The notes beneath the pieces were generated by a model. It was not told the DNA's origin and made no database searches. It was given only the letters and a program-made list of their open reading frames with translations. From Vulcanimicrobiota bacterium (GTDB lineage Bacteria; Vulcanimicrobiota; Xenobia; Xenobiales; JADMJV01), in contig JBFWNU010000002.1 of the NCBI GenBank assembly GCA_050250895.1, positions 375,575 through 439,574 of the forward strand: a stretch of DNA of 64,000 nt, written 5' to 3'. Below are positions 26,168 to 36,034 of the stretch, in pieces (position 1 is the stretch's first letter; each line of letters opens with the position of its first letter). A program made the position numbers and the translations under genes.

Positions 26168-28060
26168 TCAGGTCATGGTGTCCCAGATGGCGGTCAGTTC
26201 GGCGATCTGGGCTTCCACCTCCGCATACCGACTCTGGACCGACTCATGGGCGGCGCCGTCTTGATAAAGGGCGGGGTCGCCCAGCTGGGCGGCCAGCGAC
26301 TCGAGTTCTTCTTCCAGGCCAAAGATCTTGGTTTCGAGGGCTTCGAGCTTCCACTCCACCTGGCGGCCCCGAGGCGGGGGAGAGGCCGACTTCTTGATGG
26401 GCTTTTTCTTGGCCTCTTTGGCGGCCGCAGCTCTGGCCGCCTCGGCCTGGCGTCGTTCTTGCTCGACCTTGTCGCGGTAGCGGCTGTAATTGCCCAGAAA
26501 CACGCGGGCTCGGCCCCCGGCCAACTCGAGCACGCGGGTGACCAACCCATCCATGAAGTGGCGGTCGTGGGTGATGAGCACGATGGTGCCGGGATAGTCC
26601 TCGAGCGCGTCGAGCAGCGATTCTCGGGCGTCGAGATCGAGATGATTGGTCGGCTCGTCCAGAAGCAGCAGGTTGGAAGGACGGATGATGCAACGGGCCA
26701 GGGCCACCCGGCTGCGCTCGCCGCCCGAGAGCACCGAAATCGGCTTGAAGACGTCGTCGGCTTCGAAGAGAAGGCAGCCCAGCAGAGTCCGCAGACGAGT
26801 CTGGGTGGTGCCAGGTGGAGCCACCTCATCAAGCGATTCGAGCACGGTGTGGTGGGGGCTGAGCGCCTCGGCCTGGTGCTGGGCGAAATAGACAGGCTCG
26901 ACCCGATAGCCGGCCTTGATCCGGCCGGCATCCGGCTCTTCTAGTCCGGCCAAAAGGCGCATCAGGGTGGACTTGCCGGCCCCGTTGCGGCCCACCAGAG
27001 CCAGCCGGTCTTCGCGGACCAGTTCGAAGTTGACGTCTCGAAAGACTTCGACCCCGGCATAGCTCTTGGCCAGATCGATCACCTTGTAGAGTTCCTGACC
27101 GCTGGTGAGGCCGCTCGAGAAGCCGGCCTTCATCTTCTTGGCCGGACCCGTGGGAGCCTCGATCCGCTCGAGTTTCTCCAGGCGCTTCTCGCGGCTTTTG
27201 ACCCGGCTAGCCAGGGTGGCCTTGGCCCGAAACCGCTCGATGAAGCGCTGGTCGTGGGCCAGCTGTTTTTGCTGGGCTTGATAAGCGGCCAGTTGTCGGT
27301 CGTGGCGTTCTTCGCGCTCTTGTAAGAAGAAGGTGTAGTTGCCGGCGTAGTCTTCGACCTGACCGAACTCAAAAGAGAGCACCCGGTTGACTACCCGATC
27401 CAGAAAGGCGCGGTCGTGGCTGACCATCAGGACCGTGCCCTTGTAGCTGGCCAGATACTCCTCGAGCCACTCCACCGCGTACAGATCGAGATGGTTGGTG
27501 GGTTCGTCCATCAACAACACGTCCGGAGAGCCCAGCAGCAGGCGGGCCATGGCTCCCTTCATCTGCCAGCCTCCGCTGAATTCGCGACAAGGTCGCTCGA
27601 AGTCGCGCTCGCTGAAGCCCACTCCGGCCAGGACCGTGCGGATGCGGGCGTCGATGAGGTGAGGTTCGGCTGTCTCGTACTCGTTTTGCAGCCGATCGTA
27701 GCGCTTGAGTAGCGCTTCGAGTTCGGCTCCTTCGAGCGTAGCCATCTCGTGCTCGAGCTCGCGCAATCGCTGTTCCAGAGCCAGAGTGGCCGAAAAAATT
27801 TCGAGCATCTCGGCATACAGGGTGCGATCGGGCGAGAGTTGTCCCTCCTGGCCGAGATAGCCCAGTTCGCACTCTGGAGACAGGGCCACCGAGCCCCCAT
27901 CGGGAGCCACCTGGCCGGCCAGGATCTTGAGCAGAGTGGTCTTGCCGCAACCGTTGGGTCCCACCAGGCCGACCCGCTGACCGGGCGTCAGGGCAAACGT
28001 GACCTCGCTGAACAGATCGCGACCACCAAAGGCCTTTTTTAGTCCGCTGACGCTGAGCAT
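26168..28060 (-). CDS. ABC-F family ATP-binding protein
   Basis: Two ABC domains (GPNGCGKT, GRNGAGKS, DEPTNHLD x2), no TM. Confidence 0.95.
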   Translation of the reverse strand: MLSVSGLKKAFGGRDLFSEVTFALTPGQRVGLVGPNGCGKTTLLKILAGQVAPDGGSVALSPECELGYLGQEGQLSPDRTLYAEMLEIFSATLALEQRLRELEHEMATLEGAELEALLKRYDRLQNEYETAEPHLIDARIRTVLAGVGFSERDFERPCREFSGGWQMKGAMARLLLGSPDVLLMDEPTNHLDLYAVEWLEEYLASYKGTVLMVSHDRAFLDRVVNRVLSFEFGQVEDYAGNYTFFLQEREERHDRQLAAYQAQQKQLAHDQRFIERFRAKATLASRVKSREKRLEKLERIEAPTGPAKKMKAGFSSGLTSGQELYKVIDLAKSYAGVEVFRDVNFELVREDRLALVGRNGAGKSTLMRLLAGLEEPDAGRIKAGYRVEPVYFAQHQAEALSPHHTVLESLDEVAPPGTTQTRLRTLLGCLLFEADDVFKPISVLSGGERSRVALARCIIRPSNLLLLDEPTNHLDLDARESLLDALEDYPGTIVLITHDRHFMDGLVTRVLELAGGRARVFLGNYSRYRDKVEQERRQAEAARAAAAKEAKKKPIKKSASPPPRGRQVEWKLEALETKIFGLEEELESLAAQLGDPALYQDGAAHESVQSRYAEVEAQIAELTAIWDTMT

Positions 28061-28980
28061 GGCCTGTTGTTAGCTGCCGAGACGGGCTGACCTGCCCACA
28101 GGGCCGCAGCGATCGTGACCGTCTGGGCGTGGATGTCGACGATATCCTCGGGATCCGGGGCGTAGCCACCGCCCATAGTGACGGCTACCGGCAGCCCGAG
28201 CTGGCGGCAGCGCCCGAGGACCAGTTGGTCGCGTCGTCCCAGACCGGCTTTGGTCAGGCTCAGTCGACCGAGCTTGTCGCCGTGATACGGGTCGGCGCCC
28301 GACAGATAGATGGCCAACTGGGGTCGAGAGCGGCGGAACGCCTCTTCGAGGGCCGGGGCTAGCCGGGCTAGATAGATTTCGTCGTCGGTGGCGTCGGGCA
28401 GGGCCACATCAAGATCGCCCGGGACCTTGCGAAAGGGAAAGTTCTTCTCACCGTGGATCGAAAAGGCGAAGATGGACGGGTCATTGGCCGCCAGGGCGGC
28501 GGTGCCGTTGCCCTGGTGAACGTCGCAATCGATGACCAGGGCCCGCTCGAGACGGCCTTCGGCCTGCATCACCCGCAGGGCCACCACACTGTCGTTGAAT
28601 ACGCAAAAACCTTCGGGGTGGTCGGCGAAGGCGTGGTGGGTTCCCCCGGCCAGGTTGGCGGCCAATCCCTGGTCGAGGGCAGTGCGGCAGGCGGCGATGG
28701 TGGCTCCCACCGAGCGCCGCGAGCGTTCGACCAGCTCGGGGCTGTAAGGAAATCCCAGCCGACGCACTTCCTGGCGGGGCAGGTTGCCCGTCTTGAGCGA
28801 GTCGAGATAGTCTTGGGTGTGGGCTAGCAAAAGTTCCTGGTCGCTGGCTGGCACGGGGACTTCGAGGGTCAACTGGGGATGGCCCGTAAGCCGCTCGCGC
28901 AAAAGGCGGTATTTGGCCATGGGAAACCGGTGCGCTTCGGGCAGCGGCAGCACGAAGTGGTCGCAATAGTAAGCGATCAT
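28039..28980 (-). CDS. Histone deacetylase-family protein
   Basis: HRFPMAKY, GGTHHA, GFC.FND, DCDVHQGNG, GAD, GGGY motifs. Confidence 0.94.
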   Translation of the reverse strand: MIAYYCDHFVLPLPEAHRFPMAKYRLLRERLTGHPQLTLEVPVPASDQELLLAHTQDYLDSLKTGNLPRQEVRRLGFPYSPELVERSRRSVGATIAACRTALDQGLAANLAGGTHHAFADHPEGFCVFNDSVVALRVMQAEGRLERALVIDCDVHQGNGTAALAANDPSIFAFSIHGEKNFPFRKVPGDLDVALPDATDDEIYLARLAPALEEAFRRSRPQLAIYLSGADPYHGDKLGRLSLTKAGLGRRDQLVLGRCRQLGLPVAVTMGGGYAPDPEDIVDIHAQTVTIAAALWAGQPVSAANNRPCSASAD

Positions 28981-29228
28981 TCGTCCTGCTTGAGCCGGCG
29001 CAGCCCGGCCATGCCCAGCAAGCCCACCCCCGCAAAAAAGGACAAGCAGGCCAGCGCCGCCAGTTTGATGGCCGGACCGGGCTGGCCGAGCGACCAGATC
29101 GAGGCGGCCTGTCTGGACAGAGCCAATCCGGTCAGGGCCAGCAACATTCCCGCCACGAGCATCCTCTCTGGTTCGCCTCGACCCAACCAGAGGGCCTGCC
29201 TGGCCACCGCGCCGAAAGCGCTTTGCAT
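28977..29228 (-). CDS. Small two-TM membrane protein (start uncertain)
   Basis: Two hydrophobic segments; stop overlaps HDAC start (ATGA). Confidence 0.5.
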   Translation of the reverse strand: MQSAFGAVARQALWLGRGEPERMLVAGMLLALTGLALSRQAASIWSLGQPGPAIKLAALACLSFFAGVGLLGMAGLRRLKQDE

Positions 29229-29871
29229 GAGAGTAGCCGGAGTGGACGGCTGTCGCGGAGGCTGGTTGGTGGCCGGCTCAGGGTCCCCGCCAGAGTTGCG
29301 CCTGTGCGCCACTTTCGCCCAGGTACTCGAGCTTGGCTACCAATTCCTGGCCGTCGATATGCCCATCGGTTTGCCGGCCCTGGGCCAAACTCGTCGGGCC
29401 GACGCCGAAGCCCGCGCTCGGCTGGGGCTCCGGCGGGCCTCGGTCTTTCCCGCCCCGCCACGAGAGTTGCTCCAGGCCGAGCATTACGACCAGGTGCGAG
29501 GCCACGGCATGAGCCTGCAGACGTTCTATCTCCTGCCGCGAATCCGCGAACTCGACGCCGCCATGAACCCGGCTCGTCAACGCTTCGTAAGAGAGACACA
29601 CCCCGAGTTGGTGTTCTGCCGGTTGGCCGGGCGTCCACTCGAGTTCGCCAAGAAGAAGCCCCAGGGGCTGGTCGAGCGCCGGCGGCTGCTAGGTCTTGAC
29701 GAAGGACCCTGGCTGAGCGAGTTTCCGCGCCGGTTGGTGGCTCGTGACGACATCCTTGACGCGCTGGTGTTACTGCGAGCGGCCGGTGCCCAGGCCGAGG
29801 GCACCTCTCGAGTGGTGCCGGAGTTAGAGCAGTTCGACTCGAAGGGTTTAAAGATGGAGATCTGCTATTGA
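29227..29871 (+). CDS. DUF429 domain protein (predicted RNase H-like nuclease)
   Basis: MRVAGVDGCRGGW, VDMPIGLP, SVFPAP, ETHPEL.F, DDILDA motifs. Confidence 0.88.
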   Translation: MRVAGVDGCRGGWLVAGSGSPPELRLCATFAQVLELGYQFLAVDMPIGLPALGQTRRADAEARARLGLRRASVFPAPPRELLQAEHYDQVRGHGMSLQTFYLLPRIRELDAAMNPARQRFVRETHPELVFCRLAGRPLEFAKKKPQGLVERRRLLGLDEGPWLSEFPRRLVARDDILDALVLLRAAGAQAEGTSRVVPELEQFDSKGLKMEICY

Positions 29872-29890
29872 ACGCGAAAGCCCCCAGGCC

Positions 29891-31135
29891 TTGAAGATCT
29901 GCTGGTCTGACATCTTCCTGCTTTATCGGCACGAGCTGAAGTCTGCCTTTCGCGAGTCCAACATTGTGCTCTACAGCCTGTTGGTTCCGATGTTGCTCTA
30001 TCCCCTCATGGTCTGGTTGATGATGAGCGCCATCTCTTTTGTCGATGGCCAACAGCAAGAGTCGGTCTCGAAACTGATGCTTCACGGCCTACCGGCCGAG
30101 CACGAGAAACTGCGCGGATTGCTCGAGTCCGACGCCCATATCCGCCTGGTCGATGACGGCAATCCGGTCGAGGCTTTGCGGGCCGGTCGGCTGGACCTGC
30201 TGGTCGACATCATTCCCAACCATGGCAGCCCGGGGTTTGTCGTCAAGCTGGTCTTCGATGACTCCAAGGACCTCTCGAAGGTCGCCAGGCGACGCTTCAG
30301 CAAGGTGTTGACCACCTATCACACCCTCTACCTCGAGCGCCAGGTGCGCGAGCTTGGGCTGGAACTGCGCGCTCTACAACCCTTCTGGATTGAAGCCGAC
30401 AATCGCTCTTCCTCACAGGAGGTGGGCCAGTATCTGTTGGGAATCTTCCTACCCTTCACGCTCATCGTGATCTTGTCCATCGGCGGCCTCTATCCGGCCA
30501 TTGATTCGACGGCCGGTGAGCGCGAACGCAACACCTGGGAAACTTCGATGACCATCGCCACGCCCCGCATCAACTTGCTGTTGGCCAAGTACTTCTATGT
30601 CAGCACCATGGCCAGCCTGGCGGGGCTGCTGAACCTGGCTGCGATGATCGTCTCCATGCGCTCGATCATCGCGCCTCTGGCTCGCGAACTGGCTGACTCG
30701 TTGAGCTTCACCATCAGCTGGGATTCGGTCATCGTGATCTTCATCGGCTCGGTGCTGATGGCCATGATGATCGGATCGGGAATGATGCTGCTGGCCTCGT
30801 TCGCTCGCACCTTTCGCGAGGGGCAAGCGATGGTGACCCCCATCTTCATGCTCACCCTGCTGCCGGTTTCCATCATTTCGGACAGCAGTGTCGAGTTCAC
30901 TCCCGGGCTGGCCCTGGTACCGGTGCTCAACATCGGGATGATGTGGCGCGAAGCGATTCATGGGGTCTACAACTGGCCGCTGATTGCCATCACTTTGCTG
31001 GTGCAGCTCTTTTTGCTGCTGGTGGCTGTCTGGTTGGCCACGCGCATTCTGGCCTATGAAGATATGGTCATCGGTAGCTATGGCGGCAGCTTCTGGAAGT
31101 TTGCCAAGGACCGCCTATTCCGGAGGAACTCATGA
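29891..31135 (+). CDS. ABC-2 permease (NatB-like)
   Basis: AIDSTAGERERNTWET, A..ARTFREGQ, multiple TMs. Confidence 0.87.
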   Translation: MKICWSDIFLLYRHELKSAFRESNIVLYSLLVPMLLYPLMVWLMMSAISFVDGQQQESVSKLMLHGLPAEHEKLRGLLESDAHIRLVDDGNPVEALRAGRLDLLVDIIPNHGSPGFVVKLVFDDSKDLSKVARRRFSKVLTTYHTLYLERQVRELGLELRALQPFWIEADNRSSSQEVGQYLLGIFLPFTLIVILSIGGLYPAIDSTAGERERNTWETSMTIATPRINLLLAKYFYVSTMASLAGLLNLAAMIVSMRSIIAPLARELADSLSFTISWDSVIVIFIGSVLMAMMIGSGMMLLASFARTFREGQAMVTPIFMLTLLPVSIISDSSVEFTPGLALVPVLNIGMMWREAIHGVYNWPLIAITLLVQLFLLLVAVWLATRILAYEDMVIGSYGGSFWKFAKDRLFRRNS

Positions 31136-31887
31136 ATCCCGTCGAGGTCGTAGGGCTGGCCAAGACCTACATCGACGAGGGCCGCGGCACGGTCGAGGCG
31201 GTCCGCGGCATCGAGTTCGAGTGTCGTGAAGGCGAGGTCTTCGGCTTGCTAGGCACCAACGGGGCCGGCAAGACGACCACCTTGCGGATGCTCAGCACTT
31301 TGCTGGTTCCGAGTTCTGGATCGGCGCGGTTGATGGGGCACGATGTGGTCACCGAGCCCGAAGAGGTGCGCCGCAGCATCGGATTCTATTCAGCCTCGAC
31401 GGCTCTCTATCCGCGGCTGACGGCCCGCGAGACCATCGAGTTCTTCGCCAAGATCAACAAGTATCCGAGGGATCGGGTGGCGGCCCGCGTCGAAGAGTTG
31501 ATCGCCCGGCTCGGCCTGGGCGACTACGCCGACGCCAGAGTGGAGCGCCTCTCGAGCGGGATGAAGCAGAAGGTCTCGATCGCCAGAACGGTGGCCCACG
31601 ATCCTCCCATCATCATCTTCGACGAGCCCACCGTTGGGTTGGATATTCTCAATGCGCTCGAGTTTCACGCCATCGTGGCCGAGCTGCGCGACAAGGGCAA
31701 GACCATCATCTTCTCGACCCATATCATGAGCGAGGCCGAGAAGCTCTGCGATCGCATCGCCATCATCGACCGGGGCCAGATCCTGGCCTGTGGCACCCTC
31801 GAACAGTTGCGCGAGCGCACTGGCGTCCACTATCTCGAGGATGTCTTCGTCAAGGTGCTCAACGAGCCCGAGGCAACGACCTCGTGA
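31132..31887 (+). CDS. ABC transporter ATP-binding protein (NatA-like)
   Basis: GTNGAGKT, LSSGMKQKV, FDEPT, STH motifs. Confidence 0.93.
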   Translation: MNPVEVVGLAKTYIDEGRGTVEAVRGIEFECREGEVFGLLGTNGAGKTTTLRMLSTLLVPSSGSARLMGHDVVTEPEEVRRSIGFYSASTALYPRLTARETIEFFAKINKYPRDRVAARVEELIARLGLGDYADARVERLSSGMKQKVSIARTVAHDPPIIIFDEPTVGLDILNALEFHAIVAELRDKGKTIIFSTHIMSEAEKLCDRIAIIDRGQILACGTLEQLRERTGVHYLEDVFVKVLNEPEATTS

Positions 31888-33953
31888 ATTGGTCGACGGT
31901 CTGGACGGTTCTCTATCACGAGCTGCGGATGGTGTTTCGCGACCATCGCACCATCGTGTTATCGGTCATCTTGCCTATCGGGTTGATGCCGGTGCTGTTG
32001 ATGGCCGCCCAGGCCATTCACGCCCGTCGCTCCGGTGGGCTTTCGCAACCGATCTACCTCTATTGTCTGCAAGGCGAACCCTCGCCCAAGTTACGCCAGT
32101 TCTTGGGTCGGCGCCTCGACGGTCGCAAGTTCAAAGAGTCGCTAGAAGATCAGGCCGAGCGAGCCTTGCTGCGCGGCGACATCGATTTCATCTTATTTGC
32201 CGAGACTCATCAGCAGACCCTCGAGCGCGAGCGGCAACACAAGGCCGAGCCACCTGACTCCGAAGAGATCCGCCCGGCCAGCGAGGCGCGGCGGCTCAAG
32301 GGGGTGCCGGTCGTCCGGATCGCTTTCCGAGCCGATCAAGATCGCTCCATCCGAGCCTATCAAGAGATTCGGGAAGCCTTGCTCGAGGTCAAAGCCGAAG
32401 TGGTGGAAGAGCAGCTGGCCGAACGGGGCTTCGTCACCCCGCCCCGGGGGCTGTTTCCCGTCGAGGAGCACAACCTGGCTACCAATGCCGAGGTGACCGG
32501 GGCCATGTTGGGCCCTTACATGACGGCCTTCGTAGTCCTGTTGCTGCTGGGCGGCGGCTCGGTGGCGGCTATGGATATCCTGGCTGGAGAGAAAGAGCGC
32601 GGCTCGATGGAAACGCTGCTGACCTCGGCTGCCCGCCGGGAGGAGATCGTGTTGGCCAAGCAGTTGGCGGTGCTGGCCGTGGCGGGCTTGATCGCGATCA
32701 TCCAGGTGATCAACGTCCTATTTTACGTGACTTTTCGCCTGATCGACCTGCCCCCCACCTTCCAGCTTTCGGTGCCTCCCATGGCGGTGCTGGCCTTGCT
32801 GCTGGTCTTCGGTGGACTGGCCGCCTTGCTGGCCGCCCTGCTGTTGGCCGTGTCCGGACGCACTTCGAGCTACAAAGAGGCCCAGCTCATCTACTTTCCT
32901 GTGTTTGTGGTTTGCGTGGTGCTGGCTCTTTCAGGAGCGCTGCCCGAAGTGACCTCGCGGAGCGCCATCTGCCTGGTGCCGGTGGCCAACACCGGCATCG
33001 CCGTCAAAGAGATCTTCGTGGGACGATTCGATTGGCCGTTCCTGCTGTTGGGGGTGGTGGCCAACGTGCTGATGGCGAGCTGGTTGGTTGCCTACACCAC
33101 CCGCATGCTCACCTCCGAAGAACTGGTAACTCAGGGCGAGGCCGCTTCCAGCCTGGATCGCGATCAGCATTTCGGGGGCCGGGTGCTGGGCTGGTATGGT
33201 CTGATGGCCGCGGCTCTGCTGGTCATTCCCCCCAACGTCGAAGCCCTGGCCGGCCTTACCGGCCAGGTTCTGTTCAATCAGCTGGTCTTGTTCGGACTGT
33301 GCCCCCTCCTGATGATTCGGGCCTACGGCCTCGACTTTCGCCAGGCTCTGGCCCTGCGGCCCTTCAAGCCAGCCGTCTTGTTGGCTGTGCTGCTCTTGAT
33401 CCCGTCGAGTCAGCTGGCCGCCACCGGTCTGGGCATCCTTCTCGATAAGGTGCTGCCGATGCCGCGCTCGATGGCCGAAGAGATGGCCAAAATGCTGCTG
33501 CCCGAGAACGTCACTCTAACCTGGCTGATCGTGATGATCGCGATTCTGCCCGGCATCTTCGAAGAGCTAGCTTTTCGCGGGCTTCTCCTCTATGGTCTGC
33601 GCCGCCGTCTGCGGCCGCTGACGCTCGCCCTGGCGGTCGGGGTGATTTTTGGGCTCTTTCACATGTCCATCTACCGTATCTTGCCCACCGCCTTCATCGG
33701 CACCCTGCTCACCGCCGTGGCCCTGTTGACCGGCTCGATCTTCCCAGGGATGCTGGCCCACGTTGGCAACAATGCCCTGGGCGTGTGGGCCTTTCGCAAC
33801 GACCTGTCGTTTACCGAGTTTCCGGCGTGGGTCTATTTCCTGGCCGTGGGGATGCAGGTCCTGGCCTTCTACATCCTCTATCGCAATCGCACGCCTTACC
33901 CCGGGCTGTTGGCCTGGCGCAAGCCTACCACAGAGACTCGAGCTTCTCCTTGA
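31884..33953 (+). CDS. NatB-like ABC permease fused to CPBP (CAAX/Abi) intramembrane protease
   Basis: AGEKERGSMETLL; EELAFRG, FGLFH, H..NN CPBP motifs. Confidence 0.9.
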   Translation: MNWSTVWTVLYHELRMVFRDHRTIVLSVILPIGLMPVLLMAAQAIHARRSGGLSQPIYLYCLQGEPSPKLRQFLGRRLDGRKFKESLEDQAERALLRGDIDFILFAETHQQTLERERQHKAEPPDSEEIRPASEARRLKGVPVVRIAFRADQDRSIRAYQEIREALLEVKAEVVEEQLAERGFVTPPRGLFPVEEHNLATNAEVTGAMLGPYMTAFVVLLLLGGGSVAAMDILAGEKERGSMETLLTSAARREEIVLAKQLAVLAVAGLIAIIQVINVLFYVTFRLIDLPPTFQLSVPPMAVLALLLVFGGLAALLAALLLAVSGRTSSYKEAQLIYFPVFVVCVVLALSGALPEVTSRSAICLVPVANTGIAVKEIFVGRFDWPFLLLGVVANVLMASWLVAYTTRMLTSEELVTQGEAASSLDRDQHFGGRVLGWYGLMAAALLVIPPNVEALAGLTGQVLFNQLVLFGLCPLLMIRAYGLDFRQALALRPFKPAVLLAVLLLIPSSQLAATGLGILLDKVLPMPRSMAEEMAKMLLPENVTLTWLIVMIAILPGIFEELAFRGLLLYGLRRRLRPLTLALAVGVIFGLFHMSIYRILPTAFIGTLLTAVALLTGSIFPGMLAHVGNNALGVWAFRNDLSFTEFPAWVYFLAVGMQVLAFYILYRNRTPYPGLLAWRKPTTETRASP

Positions 33954-34284
33954 GGGCGGCCGGGTTGAACGGCTTGAAGATGACCCCGGCCAGACCTTCG
34001 GGCAGCGGTTTGCCGGCGAAGGCATGGCGGTCGGCCGTATAGATCAAGATGGGGATGGTTCGGTGGGCGGGCTCTTCTCGCAACCGGACCAAGGTGCCCA
34101 GACCATCGAGCTCAGGCATGTGATAGTCGAGCAAGATAGCGTCGGGAGCCTCGATCCGCACCCGGGCCAGCGCTTCTTCCCCCGAGCTGGCCTGGGTGAT
34201 TTTCCAGTCGGTCACCAGCTCGAGAGAAAGGCGGACCAATTCGCGGATCTGTTGCTCGTCGTCGACCACCAGGATTGTGCGCAT
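33925..34284 (-). CDS. Single-domain response regulator (CheY-like)
   Basis: ILVVDDE, LLDYHMPELDG, TA, KPF. Confidence 0.9.
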   Translation of the reverse strand: MRTILVVDDEQQIRELVRLSLELVTDWKITQASSGEEALARVRIEAPDAILLDYHMPELDGLGTLVRLREEPAHRTIPILIYTADRHAFAGKPLPEGLAGVIFKPFNPAALKEKLESLW

Positions 34285-34391
34285 GGCCGAGACTTTTGGT
34301 CGCGGTCGAAAACATCCTTCCCACCGGCGGTTAACCCGGTTGTTACATTCGAGCGCGAGGCGGTCGCTAGAGTAGTCATGAGGGACCACCA

Positions 34392-34760
34392 ATGCAGCTC
34401 ACTTTTCAACGCAGCTTCACCAATTTGATTGTTCGCATCACCACCTTCGTGGCCGCCATCCTGGCGCTTTTGGTGGGACCCCTGGTGGGAGCTGGAGCGG
34501 CCGCGCTCACTGGCGCCGGCCTCGAGACCGACGAAAATCGATCGGTGATGGGAGGGCCGGCCTCGTGGCTGGCGCGCGAATTTCGCATGACCATTCTCGA
34601 GCACTCGCGCAGTCGCTTGTTGGCGGCCCTTATTGCGGTGCCGGCAGGCCTCACGCTGGGTCTGCTCACCGGCCCGTTGTGGTTTCACTTCCTGTCGACC
34701 GAGGCCGCCCGCTGTGTGGGAGAGAACGTGGCCGAACGACTGGTCGGCACCCTGCCTTAA
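34392..34760 (+). CDS. Small membrane protein
   Basis: Two hydrophobic regions; GAGG upstream. Confidence 0.55.
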   Translation: MQLTFQRSFTNLIVRITTFVAAILALLVGPLVGAGAAALTGAGLETDENRSVMGGPASWLAREFRMTILEHSRSRLLAALIAVPAGLTLGLLTGPLWFHFLSTEAARCVGENVAERLVGTLP

Positions 34761-36025
34761 GGCCGCGTCTGGCCGTCGCCGCGCACCACGTACTTGTAAG
34801 TAGTCAACTGTTCGACCCCCACCGGACCCCGCGCGTGCAATCGTCCGGTGGCGATCCCGATCTCTGCGCCCATGCCGAACTCGCCACCGTCGGCGAACTG
34901 GGTCGAGGCGTTGTGCAGCACGATGGCGCTGTCGACCCCGTTCAAGAACGCCTCGACGGCAGCCGGATCCTCGGCCACGATGCATTCGGTGTGACCAGAG
35001 CCGTAGCGATGGATCCAGTCGACCGCCTCTTCGACATCGTCAACCAGCTTGACCGACAGAATGGCGTCAAGATACTCCGTGCTCCAATCCTCCTCGCCGG
35101 CTGGTTTGAGACGCGAGTCGAGGGAGCAGGCCTGGTCATCACCCCGCACTTCGCAACCCAGCTGGCTGAGAAAGTCCATCAGGGGCGGCAACAGCTCTGG
35201 CGCCGCGACCCGGTCGATCAATAGCGATTCGGTGGCCCCGCAAATACCCGTGCGGCGCATCTTGGCGTTGACGGTCACGGCCATCGCCTTGGAAGGGTCG
35301 GCACTGCGGTGGAGATAGGTGTGGCAGTTGCCGTCGAGATGCTCGAAGGTGGGGATGCGGCTCTCTTCGATGACCCGCTGGATGAGGTTCTTGCCGCCTC
35401 GGGGCACGATGACATCGACATACTCGTGCATACGCAGCAGGATCCCCACCGCTTCGCGATCCTGAGTAGGTACCAGCGAGACGCAGCCCGCCGGCAGGCC
35501 AGCCGCCTGCAGGCCCTCGGCCAGGCACTCCATGATGGCCCGGGCCGAGTGGGCGCTCTCGGAGCCTCCGCGCAGGATGGCCGCGTTGCCCGATTTGAGG
35601 CACAATCCGGCCGCATCGGCGGTCACGTTGGGTCGCGACTCGTAGATGATGCCGATCACCCCCAGCGGAATGCTGCGTCGCTCGATCCTTAGCCCGTTGG
35701 GGCGCTCCCAGGCGGCCAGGGTCCGGCCCAGGGGATCCTCGAGTTCGGCGATCTGCTCGAGCCCGGCGGCCATGGCTTCGACCCTTTTGGCGTCGAGTTG
35801 CAGGCGGTCGAGAAAGGCTCCCGAGATGCCTTTGGCCCGGGCCGCCTCCAGGTCGCCAGTGTTGGCCTCGAGGATGCCGGCCTGGTGCTCACGCAGGGCG
35901 CGGGCGGCGGCCTGAAGGGCTGCATCGCGGGCGCTGCGAGGCGAGCGAGCCAGTTGGCGGGCGGCCTGGCGGGCCTGGCGGCCCAGTTGATGCATCTGTG
36001 CTTCGAGAGTCAAAGTGGCTTCCAT
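34757..36025 (-). CDS. proA: Gamma-glutamyl phosphate reductase
   Basis: PLGVIGIIYESRPNVT, LRGGSE, CGATE, NASTQFADGGEFGMGAEIG. Confidence 0.97.
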   Translation of the reverse strand: MEATLTLEAQMHQLGRQARQAARQLARSPRSARDAALQAAARALREHQAGILEANTGDLEAARAKGISGAFLDRLQLDAKRVEAMAAGLEQIAELEDPLGRTLAAWERPNGLRIERRSIPLGVIGIIYESRPNVTADAAGLCLKSGNAAILRGGSESAHSARAIMECLAEGLQAAGLPAGCVSLVPTQDREAVGILLRMHEYVDVIVPRGGKNLIQRVIEESRIPTFEHLDGNCHTYLHRSADPSKAMAVTVNAKMRRTGICGATESLLIDRVAAPELLPPLMDFLSQLGCEVRGDDQACSLDSRLKPAGEEDWSTEYLDAILSVKLVDDVEEAVDWIHRYGSGHTECIVAEDPAAVEAFLNGVDSAIVLHNASTQFADGGEFGMGAEIGIATGRLHARGPVGVEQLTTYKYVVRGDGQTRP

Positions 36026-36034
36026 AGCCACTCT

